Source: Candidatus Bathyarchaeota archaeon (GTDB lineage: Archaea; Thermoproteota; Bathyarchaeia; Bathyarchaeales; Bathycorpusculaceae). Taken from it: a stretch of 64,000 nt of DNA. The notes below the pieces were generated by a model that saw only the letters and a program-made list of their open reading frames with translations, did not search any database and was not told the DNA's origin. Shown in pieces: positions 10,252 through 20,394 of the stretch; the stretch's first letter is position 1, and each line of letters opens with the position of its first letter. The stretch covers positions 168,686-232,685 of the forward strand of contig CAWEPZ010000013.1 in NCBI GenBank assembly GCA_963811105.1. Reading direction: 5' to 3'. The translations under genes and the position numbers were made by a program.

Positions 10252-11712
10252 CTACCTGCTTACGTGTACAGGCGGAATTCGATCATGCCAAGGGATTTTC
10301 TGTTCGAGTGCACTTGCAAGACGAATCAGTCCGCCTTCGTCTCCAAACCTCGCCATAAACTGGACTCCTATGGGTAGACCTGATTTACTTTGACCGAGAG
10401 GCAAAGATATTGCTGGTTGTCCTGTAATGTTTGCCGCTGGCGGATGAATACGGATTTCATCGTTGAGACGCATGTAACCTACGTAGTCGATGTCTTTACG
10501 CATTTTCGTGTATGTCCCAATCGGCTGTGGCAGTTTGACTAGCGTTGGCGTTAGCAACATATCGTACTGTTTAAAAAAGTCGCCAAAAGTTCGCGCAAAT
10601 TTATTTAGCCAGAATTCAGTCATTATCATGTCGGCTCCTGTGAGTCCCTTGGAGTAATTATAGAAAGATAGCATAACAGGCTCCAAGGTCTCTTCGCTGA
10701 TTGGCCTTTTCGTCATGGCGGCAAACATATCAAACCCTGCATATAATCCAAAGGACCAAGCAATGCATGTGAAATGCAGGTACTCTTCATAATCAAAAAC
10801 TGGACTATCCTCAACTAACTCATGACCGGCGCTTCTCAGTTCTGAGACCACTTGCTCCATACAGTGGACAATTTCTGGATCAACTTTGGCGCCAGGCTGC
10901 CAAGAGTCAGTGGTCCACGCTATTCGCAGGCGACCGGTTGACACGTTGACTTCTTGGGCGTAGGGCCGTGTTGGTTGAGTTATGATATATGGGTCTCCTG
11001 GTACAGGTGCCGATACTTGGTCTAGCATCAAAGCGGTGTCACGGACCGTTTTACTCAAGAGGAACTCCACTAACATTCCAGGCCACATGTCTCCCATGTC
11101 TGGTGCAAGGGATACTCGTCCGCGCGAGGGTTTAAGTCCCACTATCCCGCAAGCGCTTGCTGGAATGCGGATTGAGCCGCCGTTATCACTGCCATGTGCC
11201 ATCGGCACTATACCAGCTGCTATGCTAGCAGCAGAGCCACCGCTAGAACCACCAGCCATTTTGTTAAGATCCCACGGGTTACGAGTAGCCCCTGTCAGCT
11301 CAGATTCTGCCGAGGGCCCTAATCCGAATTCAGGTGTTGTAGTTCGACCCATCAGGTTTAAACCAGACTTCTTGAAAAGCTCTGTCAGCAACGAGTCTTT
11401 TTCTGAGACAAATCCCTTCATTAGTCTAGAACCGCTCTCTTGACGGCGGCCTGCTTGTTGAGCGCCGACATCCTTCATCAAGAATGGCACGCCAGCAAAT
11501 GGACCAGTAAACACTTGATCGCCAGCTTCTTTGACTCGGTCAGAAAACACCTCAATTATGGCGTGGATACGAGGGTTGACTTTTTCAACGGCTTCAACAA
11601 AAAGTTCAACGAGTTCTTTTGGTGATATTTCGCTTTGCCTAACCAGGCTGGCTAAAGCTATGCCATCGTATTTTGAATATTCAGTTAAGTTCATCCGGTC
11701 CTTCTCCTTCAT
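10252..11712 (-). CDS. Amidase signature family enzyme (NylA-like)
   Basis: PFLMKD, GGSSGGS, DNGGSIRIPAS (Lys-cisSer-Ser triad), GLKPSRGR. Confidence 0.9.
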   Translation of the reverse strand: MKEKDRMNLTEYSKYDGIALASLVRQSEISPKELVELFVEAVEKVNPRIHAIIEVFSDRVKEAGDQVFTGPFAGVPFLMKDVGAQQAGRRQESGSRLMKGFVSEKDSLLTELFKKSGLNLMGRTTTPEFGLGPSAESELTGATRNPWDLNKMAGGSSGGSAASIAAGIVPMAHGSDNGGSIRIPASACGIVGLKPSRGRVSLAPDMGDMWPGMLVEFLLSKTVRDTALMLDQVSAPVPGDPYIITQPTRPYAQEVNVSTGRLRIAWTTDSWQPGAKVDPEIVHCMEQVVSELRSAGHELVEDSPVFDYEEYLHFTCIAWSFGLYAGFDMFAAMTKRPISEETLEPVMLSFYNYSKGLTGADMIMTEFWLNKFARTFGDFFKQYDMLLTPTLVKLPQPIGTYTKMRKDIDYVGYMRLNDEIRIHPPAANITGQPAISLPLGQSKSGLPIGVQFMARFGDEGGLIRLASALEQKIPWHDRIPPVHVSR

Positions 11713-12916
11713 CCTGAGTAAGGAATGGGTCTTTTTCGCCTATCGAGTGATACATTGCCAAACGGAGTGCATTTTGTCTTGGGTCTGACAGGTAGACATC
11801 GTTTCTGTTTAGGATGTATGCAAATCCGATTTTGCCGTGAGGATCGGCAAAGGCAAGGTATCCACCAAATCCTAGCATACCAAAGGAGCTTGGGTGACCG
11901 TAGGGTACTTGTTGGCTAGGCTTCATAAAACCTAGGGATAATTGCATTCCATCTAATTTCATAACTTCATCGTAGAACCCACAGGTCGGAGGACGAGCAG
12001 GTGCCATTAGTTGATTTAGAGTTTCCCTACATAATCCAAGTTCCTCTCCACCGTTGGCGAATACACTATATGCCTTTGCCATTGCTCTAGCAGTTCCAAT
12101 ACCTCCTCCAGAAGGAACTTCAACATTTCGAGGGTAGACAAGTTTTTTGTCCGAGGGCATGTCTCCCCACAGTGCTCGGCGAATGCGTGAATGGGGATTT
12201 GCGACCGCAAGCATTAATGGAATGGGGGCTTTGAATGCTCCAGGTATTGGATTAGCCATGTAGTTTATTGCGAGTCTAGAGTTGGGAATGTCTTCTGGTA
12301 GCCCTATGTAAAATTCCAGATTTAGTGGAACAGCGATTTCCTCATGGAAGAATTGTCCCAAGCTCCTGTGCTTTGAGTCAACTCGCCGAAGCAGCTCACT
12401 CTCATAGAAACCCAGGGTAATCGCATGGTAAGCCTGCCGTGTTCCTGGTTCCCAAGCAGGTTTCTGCCGAGCCAATATGACCGCTAGTTTGTCCAGATCA
12501 GCCTCTATCTTTGTATCCACACGTTTATCTAACGCAAAGAGCCCTGCCTGGTGCCCTAGCAACTGCCGAATACTGATTTTATCCTTGCCTTGTTGAGCAA
12601 ACTCTGGCCAATACTTTGAGACGCAGTCATCATAATCAAACAACCCGCGGGAGTGAGCGAGAGCCATAGTTAGGCCGGCGATTCCCTTAGTAGCGGAGGC
12701 GACAAGAGCCATCGTATCCTCTTCCCACGGCTCATTTGACTTGTTACGGACGCCGCCCCAAAGGTCAACTACTTTTTCCCCTTGGTAGTAGACACAACAG
12801 GCCGCTCCAAGTTCATGGCGGCGCTCAAAGTTCTCGACGAACGCTTCGCGCACAGCCTCAAACTCTGGCTTCACAAAACCCGATATTACGCCGTTTTCAC
12901 CCATATTCTGAGTCAC
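11681..12916 (-). CDS. Serine hydrolase of the beta-lactamase/family VIII esterase type
   Basis: SxxK (ASATKG), LLGHQAGL, YHAIT.G, FG..GFGG. Confidence 0.9.
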   Translation of the reverse strand: MTQNMGENGVISGFVKPEFEAVREAFVENFERRHELGAACCVYYQGEKVVDLWGGVRNKSNEPWEEDTMALVASATKGIAGLTMALAHSRGLFDYDDCVSKYWPEFAQQGKDKISIRQLLGHQAGLFALDKRVDTKIEADLDKLAVILARQKPAWEPGTRQAYHAITLGFYESELLRRVDSKHRSLGQFFHEEIAVPLNLEFYIGLPEDIPNSRLAINYMANPIPGAFKAPIPLMLAVANPHSRIRRALWGDMPSDKKLVYPRNVEVPSGGGIGTARAMAKAYSVFANGGEELGLCRETLNQLMAPARPPTCGFYDEVMKLDGMQLSLGFMKPSQQVPYGHPSSFGMLGFGGYLAFADPHGKIGFAYILNRNDVYLSDPRQNALRLAMYHSIGEKDPFLTQDEGEGPDELN

Positions 12917-13245
12917 TTAGGACCTTATTTCTATAGATTATTTTGCTTTATAAAAATAGCGAGGCGTAAAAAGCGGCGGTATTAATCGGACCCGACTTAC
13001 ATGTAAATTGGGTATGAGCCGAGTCATTTAGGGGCAAAAGACAGCTTCTTCAGGTTTTTTCAAGTACTTGCTGCATCATTTACGCCTATTTAATTCAAAA
13101 AGCTTTGCTAACTACAATTGGTGCTATCGCTGAGTTGCGCCAGAAATCAAGTTCAAAGCCAATTTCTATTACTTTCGGGGCTAAATCGGACCGCCGGACT
13201 TGCTGCCAAACAGTTTGAGCCCTTTGTTGCAAGAACGGTGTTGAT

Positions 13246-13278
13246 GGGGATTCTACCCCCAATTTGCTATGAAAATCG
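13246..13278 (+). repeat. 33-bp dispersed direct repeat, family A copy 3
   Basis: GGGGATTCTACCCCCAATTTGCTATGAAAATCG. Confidence 0.55.
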
Positions 13279-13388
13279 TTGGGTTAACCCGAGAAACTTT
13301 CATGCCACTTCTATTGAAGCTCGCTTCATCAGCTTTACCAGTTAAAAGATGATGAGGCGCGCTTCCTTGCCCCTCCTGAATCTGCCGT

Positions 13389-13565
13389 GCAGCTGAAAAG
13401 ATTGCTAATAAGCTTAAAGAGAAGAATATGAACAAGCTGTTGCCTGTTCTGAAAGCTCTTGTATCGGCGGGTTTGAAGGGACAACTAGTGGAATGCGAAA
13501 TCGATCGGACAAAAGAATATGCAACGGAACTCGCTGCTAAATTGAAGGAGTTGCCTCAATCTTGA
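13389..13565 (+). pseudogene. C-terminal remnant of a flavodoxin-like gene
   Basis: Manual translation AAEKIANKLKEKNM...GLKGQLVECEIDRTKEYATELAAKL*; no N-terminus. Confidence 0.45.
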
Positions 13566-13789
13566 ATGCAATAAAACCTTGTTATGAAAAAAAAGCATCA
13601 GAGTATTTGTATGAGAAAACTTGGAAAATTGTGTTGGTTGTTCTCGTCGCCATTTGAGTGATTCCTTTCTATGTTGTGTGATTTCAGAATCTGTTTACTC
13701 GTTCCTGACTACTTTCTTTTATGAGGGGTAATTTTTCTTTTCTACTTCTTTTTTTCTTAGCACAATTGAAGGCTATTTAGGTTGATAGT

Positions 13790-14149
13790 TTATTTGAATT
13801 TGTTGGCGAAAATGATTCTAAACATGTAAATTGCTGCTATGATATTGATGATTAAGCTTGCTCCGTTGAGCAAATAGACTGAATAATATATTACGTTAAA
13901 GGTGTTGAAGGCGAGGGCATAGATGAGTGTTGAAGTGGCTATTGCTGCTCCTATTTTTCTCATCGATATTAAACCTGTGATCGATAATACCCATAGAACT
14001 AGCATTATTGAATTATTCAAATCCGCGGCATCGTTAAAGATTGTTAATTCCAATGCATAGAAAATTGCATTGAAAATCATCCACGCTAAAACCGCATATA
14101 TTCCTAGCGGTCTCTTGTTTTCTGCTATCTTATTCATGTTTTCTTTCAC
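13790..14149 (-). CDS. Hypothetical membrane protein (about 4 TM)
   Basis: Hydrophobic ORF, GGAGG RBS, co-directional with neighbours. Confidence 0.65.
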   Translation of the reverse strand: MKENMNKIAENKRPLGIYAVLAWMIFNAIFYALELTIFNDAADLNNSIMLVLWVLSITGLISMRKIGAAIATSTLIYALAFNTFNVIYYSVYLLNGASLIINIIAAIYMFRIIFANKFK

Positions 14150-14255
14150 CTCCTCAAAGCATCGGTTCGTTTGAAACTACAAATAACGATGTGATAAGTA
14201 AACTCTGAAGACAGAGTTAAGAAAAGGGAATATTTTTAGCGAAGCATTATAAAGA

Positions 14256-14543
14256 CTATTTTGTTTTTATTGCCATTTGCTCAATCTTTGCTTCTTCCAT
14301 TTGTAGATTCTCATTTAAACGACGGACGCCGAAATTGTAATGCATGGTGAGTCCAAATCCCCAGCCGATTAGTGGGAAGATGAACCAAGGAAACCCAGGA
14401 ACTAGCAACAAGTTTACAGTGATTAGTATTGAATTGACGATTATGTATGCGGCAAGGTTTGCCATGAATCCTTTCTTTGCTTCTTTTGACCTCATTTCTC
14501 GATTAGTCTGTTGGTATTGAGCTAGAGTTATTTCTTTGTTCAA
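14256..14543 (-). CDS. 2TM-domain protein
   Basis: F..NLAAYIIVN..L...N......PWFIFPLIGWG.GL..H signature; GGAGGTGA RBS. Confidence 0.85.
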   Translation of the reverse strand: MNKEITLAQYQQTNREMRSKEAKKGFMANLAAYIIVNSILITVNLLLVPGFPWFIFPLIGWGFGLTMHYNFGVRRLNENLQMEEAKIEQMAIKTK

Positions 14544-14571
14544 TTTACCTCACCTCCTGTTTTTTAAAGAA

Positions 14572-15438
14572 TCAAGTATAGTAAACTGGAGATCCCCGCT
14601 TCTTCTTAGGGGCACCAATGATCTTGGCAAGCCATTTCATCCTAAACGTTTGGCTTCTTGCCTCATTAGGGCAAATTCTCCAGCAATTCCCACAGCCAAT
14701 ACAATACTTCTCCAAAGAGTTGACACTCATGAGAGTTTCATTGTCTATACAGCCCATTGGACAAGCATTAACACAGGCTTGACATTTTGTACACTTGTCG
14801 GATTCTGCCGCTGATGTACCCAATAAATTCAAAACCCTTTTTTCTTTGGTGAATTTCAGTTTAAAAGGTATTTTGGCGGATTGTATTGATTCGAGAGATG
14901 AGATGTCTGAACCACTCAGTCCTTTTTGGCGAACAGCCAAGCCAAATTCTTTAGCAACAGCCAAATCCCTTTCATCAGGGCGACCAATCGTGCTCTTTGC
15001 GTCCATTCCGTGATACTCTTTAAAGAAATGCTCGCCAATAAATTCTCCCGCACCAATAACTTTGAAACCTTTTTCTGAGATTAAGTTTACAAGTTGCTTT
15101 AGCGCTATGCCTACTTCCACATCTCCATATACTGATACGGCAACAGCCGATGTCTTGTTTGTGAGACCGCCCAGAGCATCAGACAATCTTTTGTTTGCTA
15201 TCAAGGGCAACCGTGAGGCATAAACAGGAGAACCCACAACCCACAAATCCACATCGTCAAAGACTTTATTATCATAATTATTTGGTATAGTCAAATCCAT
15301 GCGAATTGGTGATGCTGAACTGATTGATGCAGCAATTTTTTCAATAATTTTTCGAGTGGTTCCTGTTGGCGAAAAATACATAAGCCCAACAGTTAAATCT
15401 GCTGGGGATTGGCTCTTATCGTTTTTTGTCATGGACAT
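14572..15438 (-). CDS. EFR1-type flavodoxin/4Fe-4S ferredoxin fusion
   Basis: YFSPTGTT flavodoxin loop, GRPDE.D, two CxxCxxCxxxCP motifs. Confidence 0.85.
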   Translation of the reverse strand: MSMTKNDKSQSPADLTVGLMYFSPTGTTRKIIEKIAASISSASPIRMDLTIPNNYDNKVFDDVDLWVVGSPVYASRLPLIANKRLSDALGGLTNKTSAVAVSVYGDVEVGIALKQLVNLISEKGFKVIGAGEFIGEHFFKEYHGMDAKSTIGRPDERDLAVAKEFGLAVRQKGLSGSDISSLESIQSAKIPFKLKFTKEKRVLNLLGTSAAESDKCTKCQACVNACPMGCIDNETLMSVNSLEKYCIGCGNCWRICPNEARSQTFRMKWLAKIIGAPKKKRGSPVYYT

Positions 15439-15691
15439 ATTCCTCTACCGCCGTGACCTCATTTTTTTCGTCCTTCTTAATTTCGCAGGGTGAAAGGTTA
15501 ATTCTTAAAACGCCTGTGTCACCAGTGACTTCTAAGACTGTGCCTTCAACAAATTCAGCGTGTAGTAACTCACCTATACTGCCTTCGATCAAAACATTTT
15601 CGCGACTGCCTTGAGTTAAATTCACGTTCTTGAGATTAAATCTAGATTTTAACTCTACCGAGAAGAAAAGTTCTTTCAACTTTTTCTCCAT
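15416..15691 (-). CDS. Small hypothetical protein (probable start MEKKLKE at 15691)
   Basis: FSVELKS..NLKNV.L.....ENVLIEGSIG...VLEVTG..GVLRINL. The longer 214-aa ORF overlaps the opposite-strand regulator. Confidence 0.65.
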   Translation of the reverse strand: MEKKLKELFFSVELKSRFNLKNVNLTQGSRENVLIEGSIGELLHAEFVEGTVLEVTGDTGVLRINLSPCEIKKDEKNEVTAVEEYVHDKKR

Positions 15692-15816
15692 AATTTTTTC
15701 CTCACAATAATCAATGGGATTTAATAGCCATAAATTATATCTTGCAAGAATGTGTAATAGTAAACATTGCTGAGAGTAGTTCACGTTCAAGTGAACCGAT
15801 CGAGTGCTTGTCACAA

Positions 15817-16572
15817 ATGGAAAGTCAAGAAGGATTAGACAGATTGTTTTTTGAGCTTGCAAGCGAAAGCAGGTTAGGAATACTGCGAGCGCTTCAAGAG
15901 AATGATCTTCGAATGCTAGAAATCGCTCGATGTCTAAACCTAACGGATACAGAAACCTGCAGGCAACTGCAGCGATTGAGCGATGCTCGTCTAGTTCAAA
16001 AACAGGCCGATGGAACTTACAGGATAACAACTTACGCGAAGATAGTTCTTTCCACTTCATCCCATTTAGATTTCATCTTCAAGCATAGGGAATACTTTCT
16101 TGAACATGACTCGTCTTTCCTCCCAGTCGAATATCGCGCTAGATTTGGAGAACTATCAGGAGGAAAACTTACACCCACCACGATGGAAACTTTGAACAAA
16201 GTGACAGTAATGCTCAGGAATGCCCAGAACAGAATCGACGGAACGATAGAGGTTGGTTTCGATCTTCATCTTCAGATTATGAGACAACGGCTCCTTGAGG
16301 GTGTGAAAGTCAGGTGGCTTATTCAGGAGAGCTTTCTCAACACGGCCAAATCAATGCTTAGTTCTACGGAGAAGCTTCCCGAAATTAGATCTACGCCTAG
16401 AATTTTCTGGCACCTCTATCAAACAGAGAAAGCGGCAGCTTTCTGTCTCCGACAGAACGACGGAACGATGAGCTATTCCGCCTTCTTTGGAGAAGATGCA
16501 TCTTTTCTAAAATGGGCAAACGATTTGTATACGTATGATTGGGAGAAAGCAAAACCAATCCGACTTCGTTAA
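15817..16572 (+). CDS. ArsR-type winged-HTH transcriptional regulator with DUF1724-like C-terminal domain
   Basis: LFFELASESRLGIL...ETCRQLQRL..ARLV.K..DG.Y; C-terminal WANDLY...W; divergent from the EFR1 operon. Confidence 0.8.
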   Translation: MESQEGLDRLFFELASESRLGILRALQENDLRMLEIARCLNLTDTETCRQLQRLSDARLVQKQADGTYRITTYAKIVLSTSSHLDFIFKHREYFLEHDSSFLPVEYRARFGELSGGKLTPTTMETLNKVTVMLRNAQNRIDGTIEVGFDLHLQIMRQRLLEGVKVRWLIQESFLNTAKSMLSSTEKLPEIRSTPRIFWHLYQTEKAAAFCLRQNDGTMSYSAFFGEDASFLKWANDLYTYDWEKAKPIRLR

Positions 16573-16659
16573 GTCTACCATAAGCATTGTGTGACTCATT
16601 CCGAACCCACAGCCGAAACGATTCTGACCAATTAATTTCGTCGGTAAGAGCAGTAGAAG

Positions 16660-16692
16660 GGGGATCCTAGCACCATTTTTCCAGTAAAAATT
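16660..16692 (+). repeat. 33-bp dispersed direct repeat, family A copy 4
   Basis: GGGGATCCTAGCACCATTTTTCCAGTAAAAATT. Confidence 0.7.
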
Positions 16693-17025
16693 AATTGCGA
16701 GCAAGTCCGCTGGTTTGCGCTCAATACATTTAACAAGTCCTCATTTTTCGATGGAGTAAAAGAATGGCGGGCTCGCTGTAATTTGAACATAGACTCACTG
16801 GCGATGTTTACGAAAACAATCGCCATTCTTCTTTCTACACACCCACTTTTCCTTTTTTTGAGCATTCTTTTCCCAAGCTCCAACCGAAACCTCTTTTGAG
16901 AGCTGTTGGTGCTTTTCCAAATATTTCTTCAATTGCCGATAAAAAGCTACAGGAAATGGAGAAACTAAAGTTAAAAATGTTCTTTAATGTTTCAGGTATG
17001 TTAGTTTTGAAGGTCGAAGTAAAGC

Positions 17026-17385
17026 ATGATTCTTGAGGCTTATGTAACTATCATGGTTTCCAACGTGAATAAAGCAATAGCCTTCTATGACGAGACTATG
17101 GGCTTAAAATTAAGAAAAAAGTACAATTCCAAATATGCGGAATTTCAAGTTAACAGACTGGTAATTGGACTTCACCTTAAAGACCGCGAAACTTCAGACG
17201 TATGCAAAACAAACTCTGTTTTAGTTGGTTTTAGAGTTGAAGAATTAAACAGCTCGGTTTCTGAACTTAAGAATAGAGGCGTAAAATTTTCTACCGAAAT
17301 AGAAGAAGGCGCTGGAGGAAGATTCGCCTACTTCACAGACCCAGATGGAAATCCACTTTATCTTTGGCAAAGCTTAACTCATTAA
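17026..17385 (+). CDS. VOC/glyoxalase family protein
   Basis: VSNVNKAIAFY...MGL and GRFAYFTDPDGN motifs. Confidence 0.9.
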   Translation: MILEAYVTIMVSNVNKAIAFYDETMGLKLRKKYNSKYAEFQVNRLVIGLHLKDRETSDVCKTNSVLVGFRVEELNSSVSELKNRGVKFSTEIEEGAGGRFAYFTDPDGNPLYLWQSLTH

Positions 17386-17668
17386 CAATTTTCAGGCGAA
17401 GAACAGCCTGGAAAAACAAATCGAATAAATGGGTCGTACTATTTCCTTTTTTTCCGTGAACAAAATAATCGACAATGAAAAAAGTAAAGTAGCGGTCGGG
17501 GGAAAAGTAAAATATACTTTCAAAAAGTGGCCATACTCCGACAGTAAACGTAAAAAATACTGAAAATGACATTACTTTATGTTCGTTGAACGATGGGTTT
17601 GACGCTTTAAGAAAGCTTTGGCTTAGTAACTGTTACAGGTTAGCAAATCGTGATAATTATGCTTGTTT

Positions 17669-18931
17669 TTACGCAAAAGGTGCGCCGCCTGTCTCCAGCA
17701 TGTAGGATCCCACTATTAACATCCCCGTCATGACTGCAAAAATCATGATTCCAATCCAACGGTTCTTGCTATAAATTATTGCTGATACCCAGTAGATCGG
17801 AAGCATAGGTATGGCATAACGTATGATACTGTAGACCCATGATTGGTATATTATTACAAAGATCATTGAAGCGTAAAAAGCCCAGTACTTTAGTAGTTTA
17901 GATTCTTGAATTAAGTTGTTTTTGATTGACCCAATGCGTAGACGGCTAACAAAATAAGCGGTCGGCAAAAATATCAGTATTAAAGCGATACTATAGAATG
18001 CGGATATCTTCAAGCTTCCACTAAACATTTGGGCTAGCTGGGTGGTGAGAAGAGGGTAAATACCCCAGTTTAGATTGTGTGATATTACTGTGATTGGAAA
18101 GACTCCGCCGGCAACTTCATAGCCTATAAGTTGAAAAATCAGGAATGGTGAGGCAACGACCACTGAGCTTATTAAGAGTTTAAGGCTTTTTGGCTTGTTT
18201 TTTATTGATTGGAGAGCGTAAATGAGGAAAGGTATACTTATCAAAAGACCATCACTTCTAGTGAAGGATGCTAAGAATCCAAGCAGTACTGCCAATGGTA
18301 GTTTGTCTTCTTCGAGATAGAAAAACGCTCCTAAGGCCAAAGCCATAAATGTTGCCTCGCTGTAAATGGCGGAATAGAATGCTGCTGCAATCCAGAACGA
18401 GTAGAATGCTGTCGCGGCTAGGGCTATTTTGGTTGATGAAAAGATTTTGTTTGTCAGTTTATAAAAAAAGTAAACGCTTACGAAGAATGCTATGTTGGAT
18501 ATTATAAAGCCTGATAATACTGTTGCGTTGGTTAATTGTGCTGGGTTGTTTGAAACGAGAAGCATGAACGGTATTTGTAAAGCTTTAATTAATGCTGGGT
18601 AGACTGGGAAGAAAGCCCAATCAGGCTTGGCCAACACAGCAGTGGATGAATAGAAACTCATGTTTCTGCTGGTCCAATAGCTGATATCTGGCGTACCAAG
18701 TGGGTAGCCGGTCCTTGCTATGCTTATGTAATATCCGGAGTCAGTTCGGTAGAATAAGTTTGCTATCGGAACTGGATTGGTTATGTGTGCTGCTGGCTGT
18801 AGACTTGAAGTTGTGAAAAGAACGCTGCAGAGGATAAATACCGCAATAACTAATATGCGAGAACTCAAACCGATCAGTAGAGCTCTATGTATATCATTCA
18901 TTGATTGCAGCGCCCCTAGGCTCTTTCTCAA
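17669..18931 (-). CDS. PIG-V/GT76-like GT-C mannosyltransferase
   Basis: R.DSGYY..IA..GY, WAFFPVYP, YSEA.F, TRSDG; multi-TM. Confidence 0.8.
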   Translation of the reverse strand: MRKSLGALQSMNDIHRALLIGLSSRILVIAVFILCSVLFTTSSLQPAAHITNPVPIANLFYRTDSGYYISIARTGYPLGTPDISYWTSRNMSFYSSTAVLAKPDWAFFPVYPALIKALQIPFMLLVSNNPAQLTNATVLSGFIISNIAFFVSVYFFYKLTNKIFSSTKIALAATAFYSFWIAAAFYSAIYSEATFMALALGAFFYLEEDKLPLAVLLGFLASFTRSDGLLISIPFLIYALQSIKNKPKSLKLLISSVVVASPFLIFQLIGYEVAGGVFPITVISHNLNWGIYPLLTTQLAQMFSGSLKISAFYSIALILIFLPTAYFVSRLRIGSIKNNLIQESKLLKYWAFYASMIFVIIYQSWVYSIIRYAIPMLPIYWVSAIIYSKNRWIGIMIFAVMTGMLIVGSYMLETGGAPFA

Positions 18932-19258
18932 TTCTGGTGTTAGCGTTATTAATAAGGGTTAATCCTAACCTGAGACCACGTCAAATATCAATTGTAAGTT
19001 GTGTTAGTTAGCGCGTGGCTGTTCCGAAATGGTCAAGAGTGACAAATAATTCGCCTTTTGGCACAACGCCCTGTAAGCTGTTTCTATTCAGAACCCATGC
19101 TCTTACCCACAGCCTAAATGCAAGTAGCTGACTTTTAACCATTTTTAACCATTTCAGCAACAAGCGCATACCTTAATCATAAAGTGCAAAGCCCGCTGGA
19201 AAACGAACTCTAAACATCCATGACAGAAATTATACCGGGGATGGGCTTTTGAGTTGAG

Positions 19259-19289
19259 GTGCGATTCCCTTCCCCGTTTAGGTTCAAAG
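19259..19289 (+). repeat. 31-bp direct repeat, family B copy 1
   Basis: GTGCGATTCCCTTCCCCGTTTAGGTTCAAAG; 26/31 identical to 20067-20097. Confidence 0.6.
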
Positions 19290-19597
19290 AAATGGCTTGC
19301 GTACGTATTCCTTGGAATATCGGTTTTCAAAAATAGCATCTCCCATCGCCGTAAGAGTTACCGTTCCCGGACTCGAATTTATGCCGAAAAATCCTCTTTT
19401 TTCTTATTAAAGCACGTTCTTTTCATTTGGCTTAAGCTATCCCGACCTACCGTAAGAAGTTAATTGGGCGTTAATAAGTTGGTTGAGAAAATGTATGTGT
19501 GAGGTTGTAGTAACAAATGTTTAAACATCAGCGATTGTTACTAGTGATTTGAGTGTTTTTTTTACAGAAGAATAATCTCTAAGGACTTGTTTAATTT

Positions 19598-19994
19598 ATG
19601 GCCGAGAATAAGCGTAGCATACTGATAATTGATGATAACCCTTCTATTCTGAGATCTATGACTCGAGTTTTGAGTAGAGAAGGTTACGATCTTTTTACTG
19701 CGCAAACGGGCAAAGAGGCTTCAGAAAAACTGTCGACCAAAAAGTTTGATGTGGCTTTGATTGATGTTGGTTTAGGTGAAACATTGGGTACAGATCTGTT
19801 GCCTCTGATGAATAAAGTAGCCCCCAGTATGTTGAAGATTGTACTCACTGGTACGCCTATGTCAAATGGTACGCTTGACGAGGTAAATAGAGGAGCCGAC
19901 GTATTTCTGCTTAAAGCCCGTTAAACCAGAAACACTAATTGGAATCCTCGAAGAAAAACTTAAAGGGAAAACAAGTACATTTTCAACGCACTGA
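19598..19994 (+). CDS. Single-domain response regulator (REC); +1 indel at ~19914
   Basis: ILIIDDN, FDVALID, VLTG. The conserved KP appears after a frame change (KPVKPETLIGILEEKL). Confidence 0.8.
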
Positions 19995-20066
19995 AATTAT
20001 GCTCGTGAATCAGCTGGCCTGAGTATGGGTTTATGCTAAAAAGCTGGAGATGGAGTCTGATTCTAA

Positions 20067-20097
20067 GTGCGATTTCCTACCCCGTTTAGCTTTAAGG
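20067..20097 (+). repeat. 31-bp direct repeat, family B copy 2
   Basis: GTGCGATTTCCTACCCCGTTTAGCTTTAAGG. Confidence 0.6.
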
Positions 20098-20394
20098 CAG
20101 AAATTTGCATAAATATTACCGATCCTCCACTTGCCAATCTGGCTTATAAAAATGTACATCAAACGTTACTAGTGCGCAATCCTTTGGATGGAAAAAAATT
20201 TATCATCCGTTTGCCCCCTATAAAGAAATAATCGGCTACGGACTTGAGCATCCATTCTTGGATTTAATCCTCAATTTACTTGCAAATCTGAGAAGTGGCG
20301 GTAACCACATGGTTATTGAGGAACGCTTTTTTAAGCTTCTTAACTCATCTTTGGGAAGTCTTATATGCAGACTTGAACTGTCATATATCCGATT

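Noticed and set aside
3514-20097. Classical integron (attC) array
   Set aside because: Repeats lack paired RYYYAAC/GTTRRRY ends and a long hairpin, genes face both directions, and there is no IntI.
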